From positions 33,233-65,642 of the forward strand of contig MU619265.1 of assembly GCA_025201805.1 (NCBI GenBank): a DNA stretch of 32,410 nt, read 5' to 3'. Source of the stretch: Parasitella parasitica NRRL 2501 (taxonomy: Eukaryota; Fungi; Mucoromycota). The translations under genes and the position numbers were made by a program. Below are positions 10,618 through 23,463 of the stretch, piece by piece; within the stretch, counting starts at the first letter, position 1, and the number at the start of each line of letters is the position of its first letter. The notes beneath the pieces are model-generated. The model ran no database searches. It saw nothing but the letters and a program-made list of their open reading frames with translations, and was not told the DNA's origin.

Positions 10618-13002
10618 ATGGATAACAGCAATAAGAGATATTTAGAAGACGACTACGATGATATTACTGTGAAAAAGGTAAAACAAGAGGAGCAAGATGT
10701 TATCTCGGAAAACTCTACGACAGGCCCTTTGCCTAATGCCTTGAAGGACGAAGAAAACGAGCCAGAATTCTTTACGACATCAATGTACACAGATGAATTC
10801 AATGCAATGCTAGAAACTGTGCTGGACGGCGAGTCGTTTCTTTTCAACGAACAAGAATTAGACGTATTTCGAACTTTCCAATCTTTGCAAGGTATTCTAT
10901 GAAAAGGAAGCAATCCTGCGTACTAATACTTATAATAGATGGATCCAAACATCTAATTGTGCGTTTATTGATGAGAAAGCACCAATGGTTGAGAAAAACC
11001 AAGATAGACTATTCAAGTCATGTTCGTGATCTAGATAAAACAACTGCGGATTTGGAGTCTCAGGGATTTTTGCTTACACGAATCACCGATCTTTCTGAAG
11101 CAATCGCCGTGCTATCAAAAGATGAATTAAGGTCTATTGCAAAAGAAAGAAATATCCAGATTTCAGCGGATAACCCTGTGAGTTTGATTAGCAAATCGTG
11201 AGTGTGCGAGCCTATTATATTAATATTATGCATCAGAAAAAGAGTGATTTTCAGCGAGAGATACTTAATTTCGCTTCGGCATCCAGCATTATAGCAGAGT
11301 CAACCACAGCAAAAACAGAAAAATTATGGGCATCTATCAACGGGTATTTGGGACCATGTATCAAAGTAAATTTATCGCACAGAGAGCCATTCCAAAAACT
11401 GCAGATTGTATATTATCGTGTAAACCTTTTAGACGACACGAATCCGATATCCAGCTCAATCTTGGCTAAAACGAGCAAACGAGTTTACCCAAATTATACA
11501 GCGTGTCGATCCAACAGTATTTGGCATTCTCGAGATGATTTTTTAAAATATGAACAAGCCATAAAAACGGAAAAAGAGTTTCATCATTTACAAGAGGAAC
11601 TCAAAATGTTGAACAACACCAAAACCAAAAAAGTCATTTCGACAGAGAGCGGGGATGCTGGGGTACGCCAACAGATGATCAAGGCATGGACACTTTGTGA
11701 GAATTGCATTAGTATCTGGGAAGAATGTATAACAGAAGCCCAAGAGCGACCTTATTATACAAGACGCTTTGAAGCAGGCTGGATTTATACTCGATTGATC
11801 GACCATGGCACAGAGTTATTAGGGAAAATGCATGAATATGAGCTGGAAGTCCTGATTCTGAAAAAACTACTTGGTCAGAATATATATCGTGTTGGAAAAA
11901 GAGGTAAATGGTATGATCGAATGGCTTTGGTGCAGACAATACATATCAAGAGCGATCCCCCGAGACTCCAAAAGAAAATCGCATTGCAAACATGCATAGA
12001 TGCGATGCATGATCCTCGAGTTCATCAAAGTAAGTGTTTTGCGTGCGGGATATGGATAATGACGAATAACGGTGCTTAGTCTATTTGCATGATATACACA
12101 AGAGGATTGTGAAATTGGAGAAAGATCTGTGTATCCCTAGAAGAGAACAGCACGATTTCAGCTATATGAATTTGAAGCCTCCAAAAGAGATCACCATTTA
12201 TGGTAAAATTAACCAAGTGCTTTATGTGTTGGAGTCGCTGAACTTAATTTGGATGCATCGTTAGGCGAGCGAATCTCTGATGAAATTATCGGTAAAAAAT
12301 CAACCTGGAGAAGTGATAATGGCGCTGAATGTTCAGTGGAGCAAGTGGCACTTGAATATTACCAGAAGAAAGGGTTCAAGGGCTTGCATTGTGAAAATGG
12401 TGTTATTAGAATGATTGTAAGATGAGCATGTACATATACCTGTGTACATAATAGAGTATATTAACATATCTTTATTGATATAAAAGATGGTTCTTTTGTT
12501 TTGGGATATTATATTCGCTTATATCCCTGGAGTGTTTGAAACACCCTACCAAAGCGAGCCTCTGGATTTACGCACAGACGCATTTTACGAAAGTCGAATG
12601 GAACTAATCAACGCACGCCTAAATGACATAGAGAATGGACAGCACTTGAGCATTATTAAGCAGGTAGATGACAGAGAAAGACCTAGGAACACAACATGTA
12701 TTGGCATTAATTGGAGCTATGAACACCAAGATCTTATGGAAATCGCCGAATGCATTGGCTCGTTTGCTCTGGCATCACTCAGCAAATTGTTTTTTGAAGA
12801 GTTTGGTCAGCGTCAAGGCGGAATGCCTGACTTGTGTTGCTGGAATTTCGAGAAGAAGCAATGCCTTTTGTCTGAGGTCAAAGGGCCCAGAGACAAGTTG
12901 TCTAAAACACAACGAGTTTGGCTAGAAGCATTGTCAGGATTTCGTATTCAGGTTGAGGTGTGTCATGTTGAAATATGGAAAGGAGAAGACATCTTTTTAT
13001 GA
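10618..13002 (+). CDS. FAN1: Fanconi-associated nuclease 1 (VRR-NUC domain), multi-exon
   Basis: LIVRLLMRKHQWLR, RRFEAGWIYTR, LLGQNIYRVGKRGKWYDRMAL, CSVEQVALEYY...GLHCENG, VFETPYQSEPLDL and the PD-(D/E)xK motif GGMPDLCCW...EVKGPRDKLSKTQRVWL; about five short GT-AG introns (first 10892-10938). Confidence 0.95.
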
Positions 13003-13380
13003 GATCAAAAACATTTAAATTAAAGAATTTCGCACTATTACTTCTGTGAGCTTGTTGGGGACCCACCTAGTTTTGATAGAAACTAAAAGTTGACTTATCT
13101 GATGTGGCCGAGCTATCCATTTACAATTTACAACGAAAAGATTTACATTTACTATCACATTTTGCGGAAGAAATATTGACATCCAGAATCCCTAAAGCAG
13201 GTAGTAATAGTTATAGAAGAGACCTTGTCAAAGAAGACGTACGCACAAATTTTATTAGGTCAATTAACGCTGATTTTTATTTTTCGTGAGAGTTTATAAT
13301 GGAATTATACATATAATGCTCTCTCTCATTCTCTCTCTCATTCTCTCTCTTTCCAAAATGATTATAACGACGAAGGCAAT

Positions 13381-14146
13381 TTAACGGTTAGCTATACAAA
13401 GAAAAGAAAGGCAAAATTTAGTATTAGCAACAGCAATATTGCGCAAACACTTACACTTGGCAACACGTTCAAGTTCATCCTTCTTCTTGATGGCATAAGA
13501 GTTAGCAGAGCCCTTAGCAGCATTAATCAACTCATCGGCAAGACATTCAGCAACGGTTTTGACGTTACGGAAAGCAGACTCCCTGGTGCCAACAGTCAAC
13601 AAAGAGATGGCTTGGTTGACACGACGGAGAGGAGAGACATCAACAGCTTGACGACGGACTGTACCTTGAGAACCAATACGAGTAGAGTCTTCACGAGGAC
13701 CACAGTTGATGATGGCGTCAACCAAGATTTGGAGAGGGTTGGCATCAGTCAACAAATGGACAATCTCGAAGGCGTGCTGAACGATACGAGCAGCCATGAG
13801 CTTCTTGCCGTTGTTACGACCAGTCATCATGAGAGCATTGGTCAAACGTTCGACAATAGGGCACTGTTAAATAGAGTGACATTGCGGAAAATGTCGGAGA
13901 AGACGTAAACACACTTTTCGCGAAGGGGTATTGCACAATCAAACTTGGACTTACCTGGGCCTTGCGGAAACGCTTGACAGCAAAACGACCAGCAGTGTGA
14001 GGCAAGTAAACTTGTTGGCGGATTTGGATATAGTCTTGGAGGGAGATATCCTTTACTTCGACATCCTCGTAAGTCCATTTGTTGAACAATTTACGGGTAC
14101 CATCAGCAGAAGCACTGACGTTGGCGGGCAAACCTAAAGCGGGCAT
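13381..14146 (-). CDS. RPS5: 40S ribosomal protein S5 (uS7), 3 coding exons plus a 5'-UTR intron
   Basis: Exons 14146-13955, 13863-13455, 13391-13381 give KLFNKW...[31 protein letters not shown]...[10 protein letters not shown]...[16 protein letters not shown]...[14 protein letters not shown]. Likely 5'-UTR intron 14329-14155, preceded by a pyrimidine tract. Confidence 0.98.
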
Positions 14147-17100
14147 GATAGAGTCTAAATTGTACGAGTTGAATAAAGTTGGATGGATGGATGGAGTGAT
14201 TTTGTAGATTTAAAGTGGTGATGTGCCAATATTGTCAGAATGGTTGATTTGGATGGTTATAGAAAAGATGGATTGCATGTTTTTAAGTATCATTGCTCAA
14301 TATTTCTTCTATATGTGTCAATAGCGTACCTAGTTTACGAAAAAGAGGAGGATCTAGCTATTCAGGCTTCGTTCTGTGTTGATGTGCGGATGTTGTTCGG
14401 GTCACATTGCCGACGCTTTGTTCCTTCCATTGTTGCGGCCCAGTCCTACACGTGAGCAAATGGTAGACAAGAAGCCTGCTTGCGAGAATGCTGACTATAA
14501 AATAGTCAACATCGTTTCTGGAAAAAGGCTCAAGTAAACGATAAAGCCGATGGTGATTGTGATAATAAATATTAGGGTTTCTGGTAGCAAACCTTTTATT
14601 TCTGATAAAAGCTAGAAAGTTTCTGAGAGAAGAAAAGTGTTTCCCTATAAAAGATTTTAAGCAGGGATCTCCATTTTTAAAGAAAAGAGTAATTGCTTTA
14701 TTTTATTCATAGTGGAAATATAAAGAGCATGTGTTGTAAAATGAGCTATCTACATCATATATAGATACATTTTTATGAATCCTTGTGTTATCCTGATGGC
14801 AGATTGTTTCTTTTTCTCTAGCATTTTCTAATACCTTCAGTTGATTTGGCGTCTTTTAGTGTAGAAAGTCTTGTCGGACAAGTACCCAGCTGGGTTCTGT
14901 ATACCCAGTTGCACAGTAGAACAGCTAATCAAACCTTTGCCATCTTTTCCGTAATATTGGAATGGTTCAAAAGTGTGTGTGTCTTTGCAAAATCGGAGCG
15001 TGAGATCGTCAGTCCAGGTACAGACATGCAAGTGCTACCATTAGAAAGCTAAGAAGCACACAATAAATGAAATAAATTTTAATTGTTTTTTTCTCTTGAA
15101 TTGAGTAAGTTATGGCTTCTCAAAGCTAATGCTTTCTTCAAAAAGCACCATTTTTCTTTAATAGCGGAGATTAAACGCCTCCAAAATTAGGAAGAGAAAA
15201 TTCTTTCAGAATCTCCATTTGGACAAAACAAAATCATAATTACTTCTTTGAGGCAAGATATCATCCTCCGATACTATGCATACCACGACTGTCAGTCTAT
15301 GATAATAGCTGTACATTTGGGCAGGCTACACGATGGTGTTATTTTCATAATCCCCGTATGCCTATGGAAGGAATTCTGCCGAAAAATCTCAAAAACAGAT
15401 TAAGAGGGAAAAGTCAATATTTTGCTTAATCAGAGCGCATTTTTAGTCTTCGAGATCAAAGGTTGGTCTTTTACGATCATTTTCCTCCACTATATGCCAT
15501 AGTAAAAAGTTGCATTTTTGGGGTCAAAATTGAGGATAATGTGTAATCGATGATTTTGGATGTGTGGATACAAGGAAAAAATTGAAAAAATCCGTTATTT
15601 TGCATCGAAAAAAAAAATCATGCTCAAATTGCACCAAAATCATATATAATATAGTTTTTTCCAAATGGATACTATTTCTGGTGTTTTCAGGGCATTTTTG
15701 ATTATGAAAATCAGTCAAAAAATGGCACACAAAGCTAAAGTTCTTGCTTTTAAGCTGTAAAAATATCTATCTGGAGATGATATCATGTCAATATCAATTC
15801 TAATACTTGACAGAGCTGTATAAAGCAAATATTTTAATACCACAAGTATATCTTTCTTCATAGTAATAGACGTTAGGATTGAGGTTGAGTGTAATTTTAT
15901 TAAAAAAAATCAAGCTTCGTAATAAGCTTCTGGTAGATTCCAGGTTCCAGGCACTGTATAGTAAAATATCAAATTCTGAGTAGTGGTTGTCATTTGCTTG
16001 TATATTCTACGATTTTTGAAAAGATATATAATTAAAAGAGAAAACAGAATGTAATAATTGGTTTAAACTTAGATTTAGGGATAAACTGCCGTTGTTTAAA
16101 TGCAATATTTGACGGATACCTATTACTTAATGCCTTACAAGTATATGCACTTTGTTAGTTTGATAGTTTGATACTCTGATGGCTTTGCAATTTAGTTTAA
16201 ATACCTTTGCAGTTCTATAGAATTGTCTAAATGTTTGAGCTTATTTAGATGTCTAATATCTAACGGGTATATATGAATTGATATATCAAAATTTAAACAT
16301 TATGGAATTCAAACAATTTAGTATTGTGGCCCATTGGTGATTGTTCAGTTTCAGGTTCTGAAGTACATGCCGATAATGTTGATAAAGAATTTTCATTGTT
16401 GTTGAAAAAAAATATAGGATAAAAAAAGCCCAAATAGTCTTTCATTTGAAAATACTTATAGCTCCTGCACAATGGCTGTTTTCAAGAATTAAATAATCAG
16501 GGCTTCGCAATTTCGCATATAATTATGAAATGTCCTCTATTCTAGGGTTTTTTTAATCTAAAATAGATATCTAAAAATGTGATTGTATTAAATACTTCTT
16601 GCTCCTTCTTGAAATATTCTTGGGGAGACATTTCTCTTTTCTTAGAAACTTCTCAGCTTTTACCTGAAGTAAAAAGGTTTATCAGAATCCCTAATATATA
16701 TTGTCACAAACACCGTGAAATTTATCATCTACTTGAACTTTTTTTTTTTTTTTCAAAAACCATAAATGATTGTATAGCGACCCATGTATACCGTTTGCTT
16801 CAATAAAACTATTTAATCGCTTATTTCATTCATTACAACATACAGAATTTGCTACCCACTAATCACTACTGCGTATCCTCATTTGAACTAATCGTATAGC
16901 TTAAATAGGCTAAATGCACACACTCAAAAGATCAATTGACAGCAGTAACACATGCTTTGGCCAAAATCACCTCGGCTATCGGCATAACAAGCAGTGCATA
17001 CCTTTTAATTCTTAAACCTGTATTGTTCATCGCTCATTGTTGAAACACTGCAACCACCTAAAAACTCCTACAGTGAAGAATCATACATAACCGCTATTCG

Positions 17101-17585
17101 ACTCAAATCCCCTGTCAATGATGTAATTGAAAAGGATAGACATGCAGTTTCGTATAAGCCTAGCTTCAAGGGTTATGCTGCAAAGCGTTTACTTATTTAA
17201 TTCCTCAGCGGGTGTCTTAATTTAGCCGATTTAGGTCAATATCAAAGAGTAAGAGGATTTGTAATCCAAAGCACTGCTTTCCATAGGCCTATTTTTGATT
17301 TATAATCTTTGTGTTATATAGCACGATCATGTAACTTTACCCGCGGCGTAGAATTTGAGCGTTACAATGCAAATGCATTTATTATGTGCTCGATTAGGCA
17401 TTCGTCCAATCATGGTATTTGAAAATGATTAGTAAAACTTGCTGCGAAGAGGAGAGGGGGGGGGGGAAATCAAAAACTGAGACAGAAACCCTTGAACACC
17501 AAAATGAACAACGTATAAATAGCATGAATTTTTTTCTTGGGAGTTTCTTTTTGTACCAGCACCTCTTTCCGTTTTATTAGCAAAC

Positions 17586-18368
17586 ATGTCTCCTAATCTT
17601 ACTCTCTACACGTTCAAATTGTCACTCTGGGCTGGTGTTCCTCGCTTAGCCATCAACGAACTAGACATCCCTAATGTCAAGCAGGTTGAAGTTGATCTCT
17701 CCAAAGCCGCGAATTTCTCTCCTGAATACTTGAAGATCAACCCTAATCATACTGTCCCAGCCTTGGAAATTGACGAAAACGGAAAAAAGTCGTACTTGGA
17801 CGACACTAAATCCGTTGTTGAGTATCTAGACAAACTTTCGGGTGACAAGTTGAGTCTTCCTGGCAAGAAGGCTGAAATTGACGACTTTTTGAAGCACATG
17901 CACGAAGAAGGTGATGTAGGCAATCCTCTTTTCTTTACTTCTGGCAGCAAGGAAGAACTTGACGCTAAGCAAGGTATTGTCCCTCCCTTCTTGGAAGGTC
18001 GTATCAAGGGCTGGGAAACTTATTTGAAGGAGGCTCCTCAACATGCTGCTCTCTACGAAAAGAACATCAAGGAAACCAAAGACCTTCTGAACTTTTATAC
18101 AAGTGGTAAGCCCGAAGAGATGTTTGCTTTAAACAAGAAGCTTTGGGAAGCCGGTCAAAAGTTCCTAGACCGTGCCGAGCAGCTGTTGGAGAAGAATGGC
18201 GAGTATCTGTTTGGCACCTACTCTGTTGCTGATGTTCACTTTACTGCATATCTCTTCCGTGACCTTATTGTGCGCAAGCCTGAACAAGTCTTTGAGAATC
18301 GCCCCAATTTGAAGGCTTACTATGCACGTCTCCAAGCTCGCCCTAGCTTCAAAAAGACATTTGAATGA
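17586..18368 (+). CDS. Glutathione S-transferase family protein, intronless
   Basis: NFSPEYLKINPNHTVPAL (GST-N cis-Pro loop), LDDTKSVVEYLD, YLFGTYSVADVHF (N-cap box), PNLKAYYARLQARPSF; strong codon bias; TATAAA at about 17514. Confidence 0.92.
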   Translation: MSPNLTLYTFKLSLWAGVPRLAINELDIPNVKQVEVDLSKAANFSPEYLKINPNHTVPALEIDENGKKSYLDDTKSVVEYLDKLSGDKLSLPGKKAEIDDFLKHMHEEGDVGNPLFFTSGSKEELDAKQGIVPPFLEGRIKGWETYLKEAPQHAALYEKNIKETKDLLNFYTSGKPEEMFALNKKLWEAGQKFLDRAEQLLEKNGEYLFGTYSVADVHFTAYLFRDLIVRKPEQVFENRPNLKAYYARLQARPSFKKTFE

Positions 18369-18412
18369 TTTTATTCAACTTTTTTTACCCCATTTTCATC
18401 ACATTGTACATT

Positions 18413-18422
18413 NNNNNNNNNN
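18413..18422. other. Assembly gap (10 N) next to a poly(A) run
   Basis: Ns in the sequence. Confidence 1.
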
Positions 18423-18752
18423 AAAAAAAAAAAAACCGGATTCTCATCTTGATTGCATCTACTGTAACAGTAATTTGGGGCGTTTTGCTAATGGATTACT
18501 ATAGCATTTGCATTAGCGCCTCATTCCATTTTGTAGCTTGTTACAAAAGCGACAAGATTTGGTACAATAATATGACCATTTACCAGGTGCTACAGCATAA
18601 TATTCCTTGTTTCATTTTCCTTCAAAGAGCCTTGAGCAATGTATATCCTACAACACTCAAAAACGCTGTGTTTGAAACAACCAACACGTTCGCGGCATGA
18701 GGGTAAAAAAAAAAAAAAGCTGAAGCCCTTTCTTTTGTTTTAACTCTGTAAA

Positions 18753-21060
18753 ATGCTCTTGGATAGATTAAAACAAAGATGGGCAGCAAAAAACAGCAGC
18801 AAAAAGACAATTGATCCCATCAAACGCGCCAAAATACTGAGATTTGTACAGCGATTCACACCCGTATTAAGGTAACATGATTGCTAAAATCTATCGTGAT
18901 CATCGATTGACTTTGGAATATAGTATATTGTTATTCGTTGTTGGCATTGGGTGGTTATTAATACTGCCGTATGACGGATACAACAAACACACATATATCT
19001 CTGAAAACGCACTGCTGCCTGGACAAGTAAGTGGATGAAAGCTTCTAAAACTTTTCCTGGTTCGCAAACAAACGTGTGTGCGATAGGCTAATCTGGATTA
19101 CGGATTCAATGATATTCGAACTGCAGAAGAGTACCGCAATAGATTGATCAAGATTCAAGATCAAGATAGTGAAACGTAAGTACAAGATGCAAATGGACTG
19201 GGAGGGGAGGGGGAGGGGCATCATATGCTGATTAATGAGAGCAGGAGAGCTAGATTTATCCATCAAGAATTCAGACACACAGGATTTGTGTCTGCTATTC
19301 AGCACTTTGAAGTCCAAGGAAGAGAGCCAAAAAAGGCATGTAGGCCAAGCATAGTTGAAACAAGCGTCAGAGCTAATTAACACTGTCATAAATAAGGGCG
19401 TGAATGCATTCGCTATTAATAGAGCCCCTCGAAGCGATGGTAAAGAAGCGCTCATCCTTAGCGCTTCATGGAAATCAAGAACCGGAGAATGTATAAATTT
19501 AGTAATTCCTTGCGCAACAATTTCAAGCTAATTTTTTTTTTCCCGTCTGACCAGACAACACAAACGGCATTGCATCGCTTTTATCGCTAGCAAGATTATT
19601 CAAGAGAAACGTGTACTGGGCCAAGGATGTTATTTTATTAGTAACAGATGAGGGCAGAGAGGGCACGCAGGCTTGGTTGGACGCCTACCATGGAACTGAT
19701 TTGTTTGAAGCCGTTGTCATGCCCAGATCAGGTGCAGTCCAGGGAGTTGTCAACCTGGATTTTCCAGGAACACAAGATTATGAAACGCTGGGTATCTTTT
19801 ACGGTAAGATATTATGTATTACTGTTTTAAATTGTTGTTTGTTTCCAACATGTTTTATAGAGGGCGTCAACGGACAATTGCCCAATTTAGATTTGATCAA
19901 TACTATTGTAGCAGTTGCCACACGGACTAGTCCACCCATTCGAACTACATTACACGACATTGCAAACAACCCATTCGAGAATTATGCATACAAAGCTTAT
20001 TTGGGGTCGCTGAACCATATGCTGCAAAGCATGAAGTATCTAGTCTTGGGACGCCCTTCTAGCGAGTCTGGACTCTATCTTCGCTACACTATTGACGCAG
20101 TAACAATCCACGGTATAGTAGGGAGCCAGCACCTGGGCCAGTTGTTTGGATTCAATCGTATTGGCAGATTGGTAGAATCGACTTTCCGTAGTCTGAACAA
20201 TCTGCTCGAGCATTTCCACCAATCCTTCTTTTTCTATTTGCTCCCTCAACCAGCGCGATATGTTTCAATCAGTCAATACATGCCGCCTGTCATTCTATTT
20301 GCATGCGCCTTGGTATTCCAATCGCTTACGCTGTATTATTTGGGCACTCGTCCTGTCGTGCCCGAGAAAACTAACATATTAACAGCATATTCGCTGAAGA
20401 AACGACACACATTATTTGCGTTTACCATTCTGATTATAACTCATGCTGCAGGCGTCATTATATTCAGCTTGATGCAGCCAACATTTGGATACAGGTATCT
20501 GAGCCAGTTTACCGAGGTTGAGGTGAGTGGCAAATTATTAGGTTATCAACCAGCAAAGGAGGGGGTGGTGAGAAGACTTACTCCTTTCCCAAAATCAGGC
20601 GATCACTATGCAGTATACCACTTCGTCCGCTGTCGCCATGTCAACCGTAACTGTATGCATACTCTGGATCAGCAAAGCCCAGTCGACTGAGCACGATGGT
20701 ACTATCCTTAAATCATTCTGTCTTGCAGCTTGTGCATTGGTAATCGCAACGGTATCACTCCTGAATTTTACGTTGGGAGTTGCAACAGCCATCTTGGTTG
20801 TAATACCGTACAGCTTGATTCGACCCTCCGGCAACTCCTTTTGGAAACTGATCCAGTCTATACTGTTGCTAGCACTATCGCCCATGGGATTGCTACATCT
20901 GTTCAGTCTAGTGAGTGGATTCCCGTTCACTACAGTTCTGTCTACACTCTTGTCTGATTACCAGGTCGTTCGGGCATGGTTCCTGACCTTTTGCTGCACA
21001 GTGTATTGGCCCATGAACATGGCAATGCTTATTTTAGTGTTTACAAATTCATCGTCATAA
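18753..21060 (+). CDS. GAA1: GPI transamidase subunit Gaa1/GPAA1, multi-exon
   Basis: TYISENALLPGQ, GVNAFAINRAPRSDGKEALIL, YWAKDVILLV, EGVNGQLPNLDLIN, RSLNNLLEHFHQSFFFYLL, followed by several transmembrane helices. Confidence 0.96.
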
Positions 21061-21091
21061 TAACACATGTAATAATGAAAATAAGGTTTAT

Positions 21092-22682
21092 TTATATACT
21101 ATTATAAGGTTTTTGTGCAATTATACAATGCCAACTGACGTAGGTTTTAGCACACTTCCATTCAGCTGGCAAGCCAGAGACGAATTCGTCGTATTTTTCA
21201 TGGGTGAGGTTCATTACAGTGGAGAGCCAAGGCTTTAAAGATTGAAGGAGGCATAGGTATTGGCTTGACATGGCTCTAGCAAACTCGGAGCAGTGTACTT
21301 GGGGCCGCGGCTGTTGTGGTTGAGCTTCTTGTTGCTGCTGCTGCTGCTGCTGTTGATTTTCATCTTCAACTTCTTCCTCTTCCTCTTCTTCCAGAATACT
21401 ATTGTTGTTTGAGTGCGAGTATCCCCAGCCTAGAGGAAATGTCTGCGAACAGTCTTCAACTCGCTGGAAACCGTTTATTGCCAGCATAGTAGGTAATCGG
21501 TGGACAGCATAGGGGTCTTGTTGACGATTGGATAAACCTTTAAAAACTGTGCGCAAAAGTAGTCAATATTTCGATCCATTCATTGTTGTGCACATTTTTG
21601 CAGCTAAACTTACGTTTATCGTTCATCAAACATTCTTTCTCAAGGCTACTTTGAGTTTCTAGATCAGGTTCCACACACTCGATCCAGCCACCGGGCTTCA
21701 GAATACGTTGGTACTCCAACAGCAATGGCTGCCATGTCTGACCGGTGAAGGCCCAGTTCATGTCACGCTGATAAATGTAGTCCACACTATTGTCTGGAAA
21801 TGGCAAAGTTATATTCTGTAAGTTGTGAGTAACCACCAAGGAACCGCATGTTCTGAAATGGCAATTTCGTGGCTTGATGTCCTTTGGATAGAAAGCGTTC
21901 TGATCAATACCGATAAAAGTTGATCTGGGGAACGCAGTGCTCATCTCCATGGTCCATGTGCCGGGCCCGCATCCGACGTCGAGCACGACGATGCCCTTTT
22001 GCAATTGAGACTTGATAGGCGAATTGAAATCGCAACCAAATGCAGTTCTCAGCAAATAATGCTGTGACACCATACGGTCTTGCTCGTCGTTATTGAGCGC
22101 TAGTACGTAAGGCTGCTGTTGCTGATCAATTGATTTTTTACGTAGTGGCTCAATAGCATGATGGTGGCGATGTCGATGGCTATTTCTTCTGATGGTGGAT
22201 TGGATTTTTGTTGTGAGGCGAGGTTGATGAAAAGTATTTACAGTGGATGCAGATGATGATTTTGTCATGACGATGGGGTTATTGAGTGGTGGCTGTTGCT
22301 GCTTTTTCAGCTTTTGATCCATGATTTTGATGAGTATTTCAGAGCTCAAAGGTCTCTTGCGGGGCGTGTGAGATTTCTGTGATTTGGCAATTGGAGTGGA
22401 GCATGATGGAGTGGGTATAATAATGGCGGAATCAGACAAGAAAGACTGCGTTGTGATGTTTGAGTTGGATGGCGATGATGGCCGAGGTGGGCCGATATTG
22501 TAGGTCTTTGGCTTTTTATTGCTGTATGCTGCATGTGCTGCTCGAGAGGCATTCTGGAACTGCTTTTTCCATGGCCCCACTTCCGTGACAATGTCAGCGG
22601 TATATAATGGTCGACTGGCAGATTTCTTTTTCAGGATCTTTTGAAGAAAAGATGGGCTATCAAAAATAGAAGAGTGATGCAT
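21092..22682 (-). CDS. Class I SAM-dependent methyltransferase (LaeA/Methyltransf_25-like) with a long disordered N-terminus
   Basis: YVLALNNDEQDRMVSQHYLLR, VLDVGCGPGTW, LPFPDNSVDYIYQR, RILKPGGWIECVE; intron 21613-21547; likely start MHHSS at 22682; poly-E/poly-Q insert in exon 2. Confidence 0.9.
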
Positions 22683-23463
22683 CTTGAGTATGTTTATATG
22701 TACAATGGTAAAGAAGAGAAAAAGAGAGCAATTGAAATGAAATGAAGGGAGTGGGGGTGCTATATATATATACAAATGATTGTCTAATCCTCCCCCCCCC
22801 CTTTCCTCTTTTCTACCCCTTCATGGAGTTCCCCCCCCCCCTCCTTTTACAATTGACAAATATATATATATATATATATAAACAACAACAATCAACAAGG
22901 AGTATGACGACCATATGGAATACTCTAAATGTTTTGCGGTAAGAGAATTCCGGTTACATATTGCAACAGCATGGAAGAAATGGGGCCCCTGAATGGCATT
23001 GTGATCAATTTACAGAAATCAGTCGATCAGCACATAATGGCGATGCTCACAAGTTGTTATCTCAGACAGTGAGTTGCTGACGACTCTTGAACAAGTTTTT
23101 TTATTTGGTTATTTATGAGGAACAACCGTGCAGACTCGAATTATTTACTTTTAAGGACATACGATTGTTGGCATGTATTGTGTGTCTTGTATAATTATAA
23201 CTTTGATTGTGGATCCTGCTGTATATGGAGCATACGTGTAAAAAGGCATAGTTGCCACTGTATATACAGGCACGTCAAGCATTACAAATAACAACATCCT
23301 TTTATATATCATACATTTGCTCGCTAATAATGGTCGTTAAGGGGACACAATCACACGCATGATGAACAAAAATGGCGATTTTTTCATACGCTCATACATG
23401 CACATGCTTTTTTGTGTAATATTCACGCTTTATATATCTGGTGGATGTCCGTGGATCGTTTAT

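Noticed and set aside
13318-13352. (CT)n / CTCTCTCTCATT repeat in the RPS5 3' region
   Set aside because: Ordinary microsatellite.
14740-15730. Coding-like and transposon-end-like sequence upstream of RPS5
   Set aside because: All frames are interrupted; no TIR pair, TSD or protein motif found by eye. Needs a repeat-library search.
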